DNA of 64,000 nt, from NCBI RefSeq assembly GCF_009914755.1, contig NC_060929.1. One strand, written 5' to 3'. Below are positions 24,101 to 37,455 of this stretch, piece after piece. The notes under the pieces were generated by a model. It saw nothing but the letters and a program-made list of their open reading frames with translations. It did no database searches and was not told the origin of the DNA. The DNA comes from the human T2T-CHM13v2.0 reference genome, Homo sapiens. Position 1 is the first letter of the stretch. Every line of letters starts with the position of its first letter. The position numbers and the translations under genes were made by a program.

Positions 24101-25223
24101 AGATTTGAAACTCTCTTTTTGTGGAATTTGCAAATGGAGATTTCAAGCGCTTTGAGGCCAAAGGCAGAAAAGGAAATATCTTCGTATAAAAACTAGACAG
24201 AATCATTCTCAGAAACTGCTCTGCGATGTGTGCGTTCAACTCTCAGAGTTTAACTTTTCTTTTCATTCAGCAGTTTGGAATCACTCTGTTTGTAAAGTCT
24301 GCACGTACATAATTTGACCACTTAGAGGCCTTCGTTGGAAACAGGTTTTTTTCATGTAAGGCTAGACAGAAGAATTCTCAGTAACTTCCTTGTGTTGTGT
24401 GTATTCAACTCACACAGTTGAACGATCCTTTACACAGAGCAGACTTGTAACACTCTTTTTGTGGAATTTGCAAGTGGAGATTTCAGCCGCTTTGAAGTCA
24501 AAGGTAGAAAAGGAAATATCTTCCTATAAAAACTAGACAGAATGATTCTCAGAAACTCCTTTGTGATGTGTGCGTTCAACTCACAGAGTTTAACATTTCT
24601 TTTCATAGAGCAGTTAGGAAACACTCTGTTTGTAAAGTCTGCAAGTGGATATTCAGACCTCTTTGAGGCCTTCGTTGGAAACGGGTTTTTTTCATATAAG
24701 GCTAGACAGAAGAATTCCCAGTAACTTCCTTGTGTTGTGTGTGTTCAACTCACAGAGTTAAACTTTCATTTACACAGAGCAGATTTGAAACACTCTTTTT
24801 GTGGAATTTGCAAGTGGAGATTTCAAGCGCTTTGAGGCCAAAGGCAGAAAAGGAAATATCTTCGTATAAAAACTAGACAAAATCATTCTCAGAAACTGCT
24901 CTGCGATGTGTGCGTTCAACTCTCAGAGTTTAACTTTTCTTTTCATTCAGCAGTTTGGAAACACTCTGTTTGTAAAGTCTGCACGTGGATATTTTGACCA
25001 CTTAGAGGCCTTCGTTGGAAACGGGTTTTTTTCCTGTAAGGCTAGACAGAAGAATTCCCAGTAACTTCCTTGTGTTGTGTACATTCAACTCACAGAGTTG
25101 AACGTTCCCTTAGACAGAGCAGATTTGAAACACTCTTTTTGTGCAATTGGCAAGTGGAGATTTCAAGCGCTTTAAGGTCAATGGCAGAAAAGGAAATATC
25201 TTCGTTTCAAAACTAGACAGAAT
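21144..25223 (+). repeat. Two 12-mer HORs (2041, 2039 bp)
   Basis: B4 at 21144 and 23185 (both read CATTGGCAC) and at 25224. Confidence 0.88.
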
Positions 25224-28200
25224 CATTCCCACAAACTGCGTTGTGATGTGTTCGCTCAACTCACAGAGTTTAACCTTTCTTTTCATAGAGCAGTTAGGAA
25301 ACAGTCTGTTTGTAAATTCTGTAAGTGGATATTCTGACATCTTGTGGCCTTCGTTGGAAACGCGATTTCTTCATATTCTGCTAGACAGAAGAATTCTCAG
25401 AATCTTCCTTGTGTTCTGTGTATTCAACTCACAGAGTTGAACGATGGTTTACACAGAGCAGATTTGAAACACTCTTTTTGTGGAATTTGCAAGTGGAGAT
25501 TTCAGCCGCTTTGAGGTCAATGGTAGAAAAGGAAATATCTTCGTATAAAAACTAGACAGAATGATTCTCAGAAACTTCTTTGTGATGTGTGCGTTCAACT
25601 CACAGAGTTTAACCTTTCTTTTCATAGAGCAGTTAGGAAACACTCTGTTTGTAAACTCTGCAAGTGGATATTCAGACCTCTTTGAGGCCTTCGTTGGAAA
25701 CGGGATTTCTTCATACTGTGCTAGACAGAAGAATTCTCAGTAACTTCCTTGTGTTGTGTGTATTCAACTCACAGAGTTGAACGATCCTTTACACAGAGCA
25801 GACTTGTAACACTCTTTTTGTGGAATTTGCAAGTGGAGATTTCAGCCGCTTTGAAGTCAAAGGAAGAAAAGGAAATATCTTCCTATAAAAACTAGACAGA
25901 ATGATTCTCAGAAACTCCTTTGTGATGTGTGCGTTCAACTCACAGAGTTTAACCTTTCTTTTCATAGAGCAGTTAGGAAACACTCTGCTTGTAAAGTCTG
26001 CAAGTGGATATTCAGCCCTCTTTGAGGCCTTCGTTGGAAACGGGTTTTTTTCATATAAGGCTAGACAGAAGAATTCCCAGTAACTTCCTTGTGTTGTGTG
26101 TGTTCAACTCACAGAGTTGAACTTTGATTTACACAGAGCAGATTTGAAACACTCTTTTTGTGGAATTTGCAAGTGGAGATTTCAAGCGCTTTGAGGCCAA
26201 AGGCAGAAAAGGAAATATCTTCGTATAAAAACTAGACAGAATCATTCTCAGAAACTGCTCTGCGATGTGTGCGTTCAACTCTCAGAGTTTAACTTTTCTT
26301 TTCATTCAGCAGTTTGGAAACACTCTGTTTGTAAAGTCTGCACGTGGATATTTTGACCACTTAGAGGCCTTCGTTGGAAACGGGTTTTTTTCCTGTAAGG
26401 CTAGACAGAAGAATTCCCAGTAACTTCCTTGTGTTGTGTACATTCAACTCACAGAGTTGAACGTTCCCTTAGACAGAGCAGATTTGAAACACTCTTTTTG
26501 TGCAATTGGCAAGTGGAGATTTCAAGCGCTTTAAGGTCAATGGCAGAAAAGGAAATATCTTCGTTTCAAAACTAGACAGAATCATTCCCACAAACTGCGT
26601 TGTGATGTGTTCGTTCATCTCACAGAGTTTAACCTTTCTTTTCGTAGAGCAGTTAGGAAACAGTCTATTTGTAAATTCTGTAAGTGGATATCCTGACATC
26701 TTGTGGCCTTCGTTGGAAACGGGATTTCTTCATATTCTGCTAGACAGAAGAATTCTCAGAATCTTCCTTGTGTTGTGTGTATTCAACTCACACAGTTGAA
26801 CGATTGTTTACACAGAGCAGATTTGAAACACTCTTTTTGTGGAATTTGCAAGTGGAGATTTCAGCCGCTTTGAGGTCAATGGTAGAAAAGGAAATATCTT
26901 CGTATAAAAACTAGACAGAATGATTCTCAGAAACTTCTTTGTGATGTGTGTGTTCAACTCACAGAGTTTAACCTTTCTTTTCATAGAGCAGTTAGGAATC
27001 ACTCTGTTTGTAAAGTCTGCAAGTGGATATTCAGACCTCTTTGAGGCCTTCGTTGGAAACGGGTTTTTTTCATATAAGGCTAGACAGAAGAATTCCCAGT
27101 AAGTTCCTTGTGTTGTGTGTGTTCAACTCACAGAGTTGAACTTTCATTTACACAGAGCAGATTTGAAACACTCTTTTTGTGGAATTTGCAAATGGAGATT
27201 TCAAGCGCTTTGAGGCCAAAGGCAGAAAAGGAAATATCTTCGTATAAAAACTAGACAGAATCATTCTCAGAAACTGCTCTGCGATGTGTGCGTTCAACTC
27301 TCAGAGTTTAACTTTTCTTTTCATTCAGCAGTTTGGAAACACTCTGTTTGTAAAGTCTGCACGTGGATAATTTGACCACTTAGAGGCCTTCGTTGGAAAC
27401 GGGTTTTTTTCATGTAAGGCTAGACAGAAGAATTCTCAGTAACTTCCTTGTGTTGTGTGTATTCAACTCACAGAGTTGAACGATCCTTTACACAGAGCAG
27501 ACTTGTAACACTCTTTTTGTGGAATTTGCAAGTGGAGATTTCAGCCGCTTTGAAGTCAAAGGTAGAAAAGGAAATATCTTCCTATAAAAACTAGACAGAA
27601 TGATTCTCAGAAACTCCTTTGTGATGTGTGCGTTCAACTCACAGAGTTTAACCTTTCTTTTCATAGAGCAGTTAGGAAACACTCTGCTGGTAAAGTCTGC
27701 AAGTGGATATTCAGACCTCTTTGAGGCCTTCGTTGGAAACGGGTTTTTTTCATGTAAGGCTAGACAGAAGAATTCCCAGTAACTTCCTTGTGTTGTGTGT
27801 GTTCAACTCACAGAGTTGAACTTTGATTTACACAGAGCAGATTTGAAACACTCTTTTTGTGGAATTTGCAAGTGGAGATTTCAAGCGCTTTGAGGCCAAA
27901 GGCAGAAAAGGAAATATCTTCGTATAAAAACTAGACAGAATCATTCTCAGAAACTGCTCTGCGATGTGTGCGTTCAACTCTCAGAGTTTAACTTTTCTTT
28001 TCATTCAGCAGTTTGGAAACACTCTGTTTGTAAAGTCTGCACGTGGATATTTTGACCACTTAGAGGCCTTCGTTGGAAACGGGTTTTTTTCCTGTAAGGC
28101 TAGACAGAAGAATTCCCAGTAACTTCCTTGTGTTGTGTACATTCAACTCACAGAGTTGAACGTTCCCTTAGACAGAGCAGATTTGAAACACTCTTTTTGT

Positions 28201-31200
28201 GCAATTGGCAAGTGGAGATTTCAAGCGCTTTAAGGTCAATGGCAGAAAAGGAAATATCTTCGTTTCAAAACTAGACAGAATCATTCCCACAAACTGCGTT
28301 GTGATGTGTTCGTTCATCTCACAGAGTTTAACCTTTCTTTTCGTAGAGCAGTTAGGAAACAGTCTGTTTGTAAATTCTGTAAGTGGATATCCTGACATCT
28401 TGTGGCCTTCGTTGGAAACGGGATTTCTTCATATTCTGCTAGACAGAAGAATTCTCAGAATCTTCCTTGTGTTGTGTGTATTCAACTCACACAGTTGAAC
28501 GATTGTTTACACAGAGCAGATTTGAAACACTCTTTTTGTGGAATTTGCAAGTGGAGATTTCAGCCGCTTTGAGGTCAATGGTAGAAAAGGAAATATCTTC
28601 GTATAAAAACTAGACAGAATGATTCTCAGAAACTTCTTTGTGATGTGTGCGTTCAACTCACAGAGTTTAACCTTTCTTTTCATAGAGCAGTTAGGAATCA
28701 CTCTGTTTGTAAAGTCTGCAAGTGGATATTCAGACCTCTTTGAGGCCTTCGTTGGAAACGGGTTTTTTTCATATAAGGCTAGACAGAAGAATTCCCAGTA
28801 ACTTCCTTGTGTTGTGTGTGTTCAACTCACAGAGTTGAACTTTCATTTACACAGAGCAGATTTGAAACACTCTTTTTGTGGAATTTGCAAATGGAGATTT
28901 CAAGCGCTTTGAGGCCAAAGGCAGAAAAGGAAATATCTTCGTATAAAAACTAGACAGAATCATTCTCAGAAACTGCTCTGCGATGTGTGCGTTCAACTCT
29001 CAGAGTTTAACTTTTCTTTTCATTCAGCAGTTTGGAAACACTCTGTTTGTAAAGTCTGCACGTGGATAATTTGACCACTTAGAGGCCTTCGTTGGAAACG
29101 GGTTTTTTTCATGTAAGGCTAGACAGAAGAATTCTCAGTAACTTCCTTGTGTTGTGTGTATTCAACTCACAGAGTTGAACGATCCTTTACACAGAGCAGA
29201 CTTGTAACACTCTTTTTGTGGAATTTGCAAGTGGAGATTTCAGCCGCTTTGAAGTCAAAGGTAGAAAAGGAAATATCTTCCTATAAAAACTAGACAGAAT
29301 GATTCTCAGAAACTCCTTTGTGATGTGTGCGTTCAACTCACAGAGTTTAACCTTTCTTTTCATAGAGCAGTTAGGAAACACTCTGCTTGTAAAGTCTGCA
29401 AGTGGATATTCAGCCCTCTTTGAGGCCTTCGTTGGAAACGGGTTTTTTTCATATAAGGCTAGACAGAAGAATTCCCAGTAACTTCCTTGTGTTGTGTGTG
29501 TTCAACTCACAGAGTTGAACTTTGATTTACACAGAGCAGATTTGAAACACTCTTTTTGTGGAATTTGCAAGTGGAGATTTCAAGCGCTTTGAGGCCAAAG
29601 GCAGAAAAGGGAATATCTTCGTATAAAAACTAGACAGAATCATTCTCAGAAACTGCTCTGCGATGTGTGCGTTCAACTCTCAGAGTTTAACTTTTCTTTT
29701 CATTCAGCAGTTTGGAAACACTCTGTTTGTAAAGTCTGCACGTGGATATTTTGACCACTTAGAGGCCTTCGTTGGAAACGGGTTTTTTTCCTGTAAGGCT
29801 AGACAGAAGAATTCCCAGTAACTTCCTTGTGTTGTGTACATTCAACTCACAGAGTTGAACGTTCCCTTAGACAGAGCAGATTTGAAACACTCTTTTTGTG
29901 CAATTGGCAAGTGGAGATTTCAAGCGCTTTAAGGTCAATGGCAGAAAAGGAAATATCTTCGTTTCAAAACTAGACAGAATCATTCCCACAAACTGCGTTG
30001 TGATGTGTTCGTTCATCTCACAGAGTTTAACCTTTCTTTTCATAGAGCAGTTAGGAAACACTCTGTTTGTAAATTCTGTAAGTGGATATTCTGACATCTT
30101 GTGGCCTTCGTTGGAAACGGGATTTCTCCATATTCTGCTAGACAGAAGAATTCTCAGAATCTTCCTTGTGTTGTGTGTATTCAACTCACAGAGTTGAACG
30201 ATGGTTTACACAGAGCAGATTTGAAACACTCTTTTTGTGGAATTTGCAAGTGGAGATTTCAGCCGCTTTGAGGTCAATGGTAGAAAAGGAAATATCTTCG
30301 TATAAAAACTAGACAGAATGATTCTCAGAAACTTCTTTGTGATGTGTGCGTTCAACACACAGAGTTTAACCTTTCTTTTCATAGAGCAGTTAGGAAACAC
30401 TCTGTTTGTAAACTCTGCAAGTGGATATTCAGACCTCTTTGAGGCCTTCGTTGGAAACGGGATTTCTTCATACTGTGCTAAACAGAAGAATTCTCAGTAA
30501 CTTCCTTGTGTTGTGTGTATTCAACTCACAGAGTTGAACGATCCTTTACACAGAGCAGACTTGAAACACTCTTTTTGTGGAATTTGCAAGTGGAGATTTC
30601 AGCCGCGTTGAGGTCAATGGTAGAAAAGGAAATATCTTCGTATAAAAACTAGACAGAATGATTCTCAGAAACTCCTTTGTGATGTGTGCTTTCAACTCAC
30701 AGAGTTTAACCTTTCTTTTCATAGAGCAGTTAGGAAACACTCTGTTTGTAAAGTCTGCAAGTGGATATTCAGACCTCTTTGAGGCCTTCGTTGGAAACGG
30801 TTTTTTTTCATATAAGGCTAGACAGAAGAATTCCCAGTAACTTCCTTGTGTTGTGTGTGTTCAACTCACAGAGTTGAACTTTCATTTACACAGAGCAGAT
30901 TTGAAACACTCTTTTTGTGGAATTTGCAAGTGGAGATTTCAAGCGCTTTGAGGCCAAAGGCAGAAAAGGAAATATCTTCGTATAAAAACTAGACAGAATC
31001 ATTCTCAGAAACTGCTCTGCGATGTGTGCGTTCAACTCTCAGAGTTTAACTTTTCTTTTCATTCAGCAGTTTGGAAACACTCTGTTTGTAAAGTCTGCAC
31101 GTGGATATTTTGACCACTTAGAGGCCTTCGATGGAAACGGGTTTTTTTCCTGTAAGGCTAGACAGAAGAATTCCCAGTAAATTCCTTGTGTTGTGTACAT

Positions 31201-31339
31201 TCAACTCACAGAGTTGAACGTTCCCTTAGACAGAGCAGATTTGAAACACTCTTTTTGTGCAATTGGCAAGTGGAGATTTCAAGCGCTTTAAGGTCAATGG
31301 CAGAAAAGGAAATATCTTCGTTTCAAAACTGGACAGAAT
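25224..31339 (+). repeat. 8-mer, 10-mer, 10-mer, 8-mer HOR variants (1359, 1699, 1699, 1359 bp)
   Basis: B4 at 25224, 26583, 28282, 29981 and 31340. The 10-mers carry a B5/B6 hybrid monomer. Confidence 0.9.
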
Positions 31340-34300
31340 CATTCCCACAAACTGCGTTGTGATGTGTTCGTTCATCTCACAGAGTTTAACCTTTCTTTTC
31401 ATAGAGCAGTTAGGAAACAGTCTGTTTGTAAATTCTGTAAGTGGATATTCTGACATCTTGTGCCCTTCATTGGAAACGGGATTTCTTCATGTTCTGCTAG
31501 ACAGAAGAATTCTCAGAATCTTCCTTGTGTTGTGTGTATTCAACTCACAGAGTTGAACGATGGTTTACACAGAGCAGATTTGAAACACTCTTTTTGTGGA
31601 ATTTGCAAGTGGAGATTTCAGTCGCTTTGAGGTCAATGGTAGAAAAGGAAATATCTTCGTATAAAAACTAGACAGAATGATTCTCAGAAACTTCTTTGTG
31701 ATGTGTGCGTTCAACTCACAGAGTTTAACCTTTCGTTTCATAGAGCAGTTAGGAAACACTGTGTTTTTAAACTCTGCAAGTGGATATTCAGACCTCTTTG
31801 AGGCCTTCGTTGGAAACGGGTTTCTTCATACTGTGCTAGACAGAAGAATTCTCAGTAACTTCCTTGTGTTGTGTGTATTCAACTCACACAGTTGAACGAT
31901 CCTTTACACAGAGCAGACTTGTAACACTCTTTTTGTGGAATTTGCAAGTGGAGATTTCAGCCGCTTTGAAGTCAATGGTAGAAAAGGAAATATCTTCCTA
32001 TAAAAACTAGACAGAATGATTCTCAAAAACTCCTTTGTGATGTGTGTGTTCAACTCACAGAGTTTAACCTTTCTTTTCATAGAGCAGTTAGGAAACACTC
32101 TGTTTGTAAAGTCTGCAAGTGGATATTCAGACCTCTTTGAGGCCTTCGTTGGAAACGGGTTTTTTTCATATAAGGCTAGACAGAAGAATTCCCAGTAACT
32201 TCCTTGTGTTGTGTGTGTTCAACTCACAGAGATGAACTCTCTTTTACACAGAGCAGATTTGAAACTCTCTTTTTGTGGAATTTGCAAATGGAGATTTCAA
32301 GCGCTTTGAGGCCAAAGGCAGAAAAGGAAATATCTTCGTATAAAAACTAGACAGAATCATTCTCAGAAACTGCTCTGTGATGTGTGCGTTCAACTCTCAG
32401 AGTTTAACTTTTCTTTTCATTCAGCAGTTTGGAAACACTCTGTTTGTAAAGTCTGCACGTGGATAATTTGACCACTTAGAGGCCTTTCGTTGGAAACGGG
32501 TTTTTTTCATGTAAGGCTAGACAGAAGAATTCTCAGTAACTTCCTTGTGTTGTGTGTATTCAACTCACAGAGTTGAACGATCCTTTACACAGAGCAGACT
32601 TGTAACACTCTTTTTGTGGAATTTGCAAGTGGAGATTTCAGCCGCTTTGAAGTCAAAGGTAGAAAAGGAAATATCTTCCTATAAAAACTAGACAGAATGA
32701 TTCTCAGAAACTCCTTTGTGATGTGTGCGTTCAACTCACAGAGTTTAACCTTTCTTTTCATAGAGCAGTTAGGAAACACTCTGCTTGTAAAGTCTGCAAG
32801 TGGATATTCAGCCCTCTTTGAGGCCTTCGTTGGAAACGGGTTTTTTTCATATAAGGCTAGACAGAAGAATTCCCAGTAACTTCCTTGTGTTGTGTGTGTT
32901 CAACTCACAGAGTTGAACTTTGATTTACACAGAGCAGATTTGAAACACTCTTTTTGTGGAATTTGCAAGTGGAGATTTCAAGCGCTTTGAGGCCAAAGGC
33001 AGAAAAGGAAATATCTTCGTATAAAAACTAGACAGAATCATTCTCAGAAACTGCTCTGCGATGTGTGCGTTCAACTCTCAGAGTTTAACTTTTCTTTTCA
33101 TTCAGCAGTTTGGAAACACTCTGTTTGTAAAGTCTGCACGTGGATATTTTGACCACTTAGAGGCCTTCGTTGGAAACGGGTTTTTTTCCTGTAAGGCTAG
33201 ACAGAAGAATTCCCAGTAACTTCCTTGTGTTGTGTACATTCAACTCACAGAGTTGAACGTTCCCTTAGACAGAGCAGATTTGGAACACTCTTTTTGTGCA
33301 ATTGGCAAGTGGAGATTTCAAGCGCTTTGAGGTCAATGGCAGAAAAGGAAATATCTTCGTTTCAAAACTAGACAGAATTATTCCCACAAACTGCGTTGTG
33401 ATGTGTTCGTTCAACTCACAGAGTTAAACCTTTCTTTTCATAGAGCAGTTAGGAAACAGTCTGTTTGAAAATTCTGTAAGTGGATATTCTGACATCTTGT
33501 GGCCTTCGTTGGAAACGGGATTTCTTCATATTCTGCTAGACAGAAGAATTCTCAGAATCTTCCTTGTGTTGTGTGTATTCAACTCACAGAGTTGAACGAT
33601 GGTTTACACAGAGCAGATTTGAAACACTCATTTGGTGGAATTTGCAAGTGGAGATTTCAGCCGCTTTGAGGTCAATGGTAGAAAAGGAAATATCTTCGTA
33701 TAACAACTAGACAGAATGATTCTCAGAAACTTCTTTGTGATGTGTGTGTTCAACTCACAGAGTTTAACCTTTCTTTTCATAGAGCAGTTAGGAAACACTG
33801 TGTTTTTAAACTCTGCAAGTGGATATTCAGACCTCTTTGAGGCCTTCCTTGGAAACGGGTTTCTTCATACTGTGCTAGACAGAAGAATTCTCAGTAACTT
33901 CCTTGTGTTGTGTGTATTCAACTCACAGAGTTGAACGATCCTTTACACAGAGCCGACTTGAAACACTCTTTTTGTGGAATTTGCAAGTGGAGATTTCAGC
34001 CGCGTTGAGGTCAATGGTAGAAAAGGAAATATCTTCGTATAAAAACTAGACAGAATGATTCTCAGAAACTCCTTTGTGATGTGTGTGTTCAACTCACAGA
34101 GTTTAACATTTCTTTTCATAGAGCAGTAAGGAAACACTCTGTTTGTAAAGTCTGCAAGTGGATATTCAGACCTCTTTGAGGCCTTCGTTGGAAACGGGTT
34201 TTTTTCATATAAGGCTAGACAGAAGAATTCCCAGTAACTTCCTTGTGTTGTGTGTGTTCAACTCACAGAGTTGAACTTTCATTTACACAGAGCAGATTTG

Positions 34301-37300
34301 AAACACTCTTTTTGTGGAATTTGCAAATGGAGATTTCAAGCGCTTTGAGGCCAAAGGCAGAAAAGGAAATATCTTCGTATAAAAACTAGACAGAATCATT
34401 CTCAGAAACTGCTCTGCGATGTGTGCGTTCAACTCTCAGAGTTTAACTTTTCTTTTCATTCAGCAGTTTGGAAACACTCTGTTTGTAAAGTCTGCACGTG
34501 GATAATTTGACCACTTAGAGGCCTTCGTTGGAAACGGGTTTTTTTCATGTAAGGCTAGACAGAAGAATTCTCAGTAACTTCCTTGTGTTGTGTGTATTCA
34601 ACTCACAGAGTTGAACGATCCTTTACACAGAGCAGACTTGTAACACTCTTTTTGTGGAATTTGCAAGTGGAGATTTCAGCCGCTTTGAAGTCAAAGGTAG
34701 AAAAGGAAATATCTTCCTATAAAAACTAGACAGAATGATTCTCAGAAACTCCTTTGTGATGTGTGCGTTCAACTCACAGAGTTTAACCTTTCTTTTCATA
34801 GAGCAGTTAGGAAACACTCTGCTTGTAAAGTCTGCAAGTGGATATTCAGCCCTCTTTGAGGCCTTTGTTGGAAACGGGTTTTTTTCATATAAGGCTATAC
34901 AGAAGAATTCCCAGTAACTTCCTTGTGTTGTGTGTGTTCAACTCACAGAGTTGAACTTTGATTTACACAGAGCAGATTCGAAACACTCTTTTTGTGGAAT
35001 TTGCAAGTGGAGATTTCAAGCGCTTTGAGGCCAAAGGCAGAAAAGGAAATATCTTCGTATAAAAACTAGACAGAATCATTCTCAGAAACTGCTCTGTGAT
35101 GTGTGCGTTCAACTCTCAGAGTTTAACTTTTCTTTTCATTCAGCAGTTTGGAAACACTCTGTTTGTAAAGTCTGCACGTGGATATTTTGACCACTTAGAG
35201 GCCTTCGTTGGAAACGGGTTTTTTTCCTGTAAGGCTAGACAGAAGAATTCCCAGTAACTTCCTTGTGTTGTGTACATTCAACTCACAGAGTTGAACGTTC
35301 CCTTAGACAGAGCAGATTTGAAACACTCTTTTTGTGCAATTGGCAAGTGGAGATTTCAAGCGCTTTAAGGTCAATGGCAGAAAAGGAAATATCTTCGTTT
35401 CAAAACTAGACAGAATCATTCCCACAAACTGCGTTGTGATGTGTTCGTTCATCTCACAGAGTTTAACCTTTCTTTTCATAGAGCAGTTAGGAAACAGTCT
35501 GTTTGTAAATTCTGTAAGTGGATATTCTGACATCTTGTGGCCTTCGTTGGAAACGGGATTTCTTCATATTCTGCTAGACAGAAGAATTCTCAGAATCTTC
35601 CTTGTGTTGTGTGTATTCAACTCACAGAGTTGAACGATGGTTTACACAGAGCAGATTTGAAACACTCTTTTTGTGGAATTTGCAAGTGGAGATTTCAGCC
35701 GCTTTGAGGTCAATGGTAGAAAAGGAAATATCTTCGTATAAAAACTAGACAGAATGATTCTCAGAAACTTCTTTGTGATGTGTGCGTTCAACTCACAGAG
35801 TTTAACCTTTCTTTTCATAGAGCAGTTAGGAAACACTCTGTTTGTAAACTCTGCAAGTGGATATTCAGACCTCTTTGAGGCCTTCGTTGGAAACGGGATT
35901 TCTTCATACTGTGCTAGACAGAAGAATTCTCAGTAACTTCCTTGTGTTGTGTGTATTCAACTCACAGAGTTGACCGATCCTTCACACAGAGCAGACTTGT
36001 AACACTCTTTTTGTGGAATTTACAAGTGGAGATTTCAGCCGCTTTGAAGTCAAAGGTAGAAAAGGGAATATCTTCCTATAAAAAGTAGACAGAATGATTC
36101 TCAGAAACTCCTTTGTGATGTGTGCGTTCAACTCACAGAGTTTAACCTTTCTTTTCATAGAGCAGTTAGGAAACACTCTGTTTGTAAAGTCTGCAAGTGG
36201 ATATTCAGACCTCTTTGAGGCCTTCGTTGGAAACGGGTTTTTTTCATATAAGGCTAGACAGAAGAATTCCCAGTAACTTCCTTGTGTTGTGTGTGTTCAA
36301 CTCACAGAGTTGAACTTTCATTTACACAGAGCAGATTTGAAACACTCTTTTTGTGGAATTTGCAAGTGGAGATTTCAAGCGCTGTGAGGCCAAAGGCAGA
36401 AAAGGAAATATCTTCGTATAAAAACTAGACAGAATCATTCTCAGAAACTGCTCTGCGATGTGTGCGTTCAACTCTCAGAGTTAAACTTTTCTTTTCATTC
36501 AGCAGTTTGGAAACACTCTGTTTGTAAAGTCTGCACGTGGATAATTTGACCACTTAGAGGCCTTCGTTGGAAACGGTTTTTTTTAATGTAAGGCTAGACA
36601 GAAGAATTCTCAGTAACTTCCTTGTGTTGTGTGTATTCAATTCACAGAGTTGAACGATCCTTTACACAGAGCAGACTTGTAACACTCTTTTTGTGGAAAT
36701 TGCAAGTGGAGATTTCAGCCGCTTTGAAGTCAAAGGTAGAAAAGGAAATATCTTCCTATAAAAACTAGACAGAATGATTCTCAGAAACTCCTTTGTGATG
36801 TGTGCGTTCAACTCACAGAGTTTAACCTTTCTTTTCATAGAGCAGTTAGGAAACACTCTGCTTGTAAAGTCTGCAAGTGGATATTCAGCCCTCTTTGAGG
36901 CCTTCGTTGGAAACGGGTTTTTTTCATATAAGGCTAGACAGAAGAATTCCCAGTAACTTCCTTGTGTTGTGTGTGTTCAACTCACAGAGTTGAACTTTGA
37001 TTTACACAGAGCAGATTTGAAACACTCTTTTTGTGGAATTTGCAAGTGGAGATTTCAAGCGCTTTGAGGCCAAAGGCAGAAAAGGAAATATCTTCGTATA
37101 AAAACTAGACAGAATCTTTCTCAGAAACTGCTCTGCGATGTGTGCGTTCAACTCTCAGAGTTTAACTTTTCTTTTCATTCAGCAGTTTGGAAACACTCTG
37201 TTTGTAAAGTCTGCACGTGGATATTTTGACCACTTAGAGGCCTTCGTTGGAAACGGGTTTTTTTCCTGTAAGGCTAGACAGAAGAATTCCCAGTAACTTC

Positions 37301-37455
37301 CTTGTGTTGTGTACATTCAACTCACAGAGTTGAACGTTCCCTTAGACAGAGCAGATTTGAAACACTCTTTTTGTGCAATTGGCAAGTGGAGATTTCAAGC
37401 GCTTTGAGGTCAATGGCAGAAAAGGAAATATCTTCGTTTCAAAACTAGACAGAAT
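31340..37455 (+). repeat. Three 12-mer-length HORs of two different monomer compositions
   Basis: B4 at 31340, 33379, 35417 and 37456. In the first and third units B5 is followed by A1 (GACTTGTAAC..GAAGTC) instead of A5. Confidence 0.85.
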
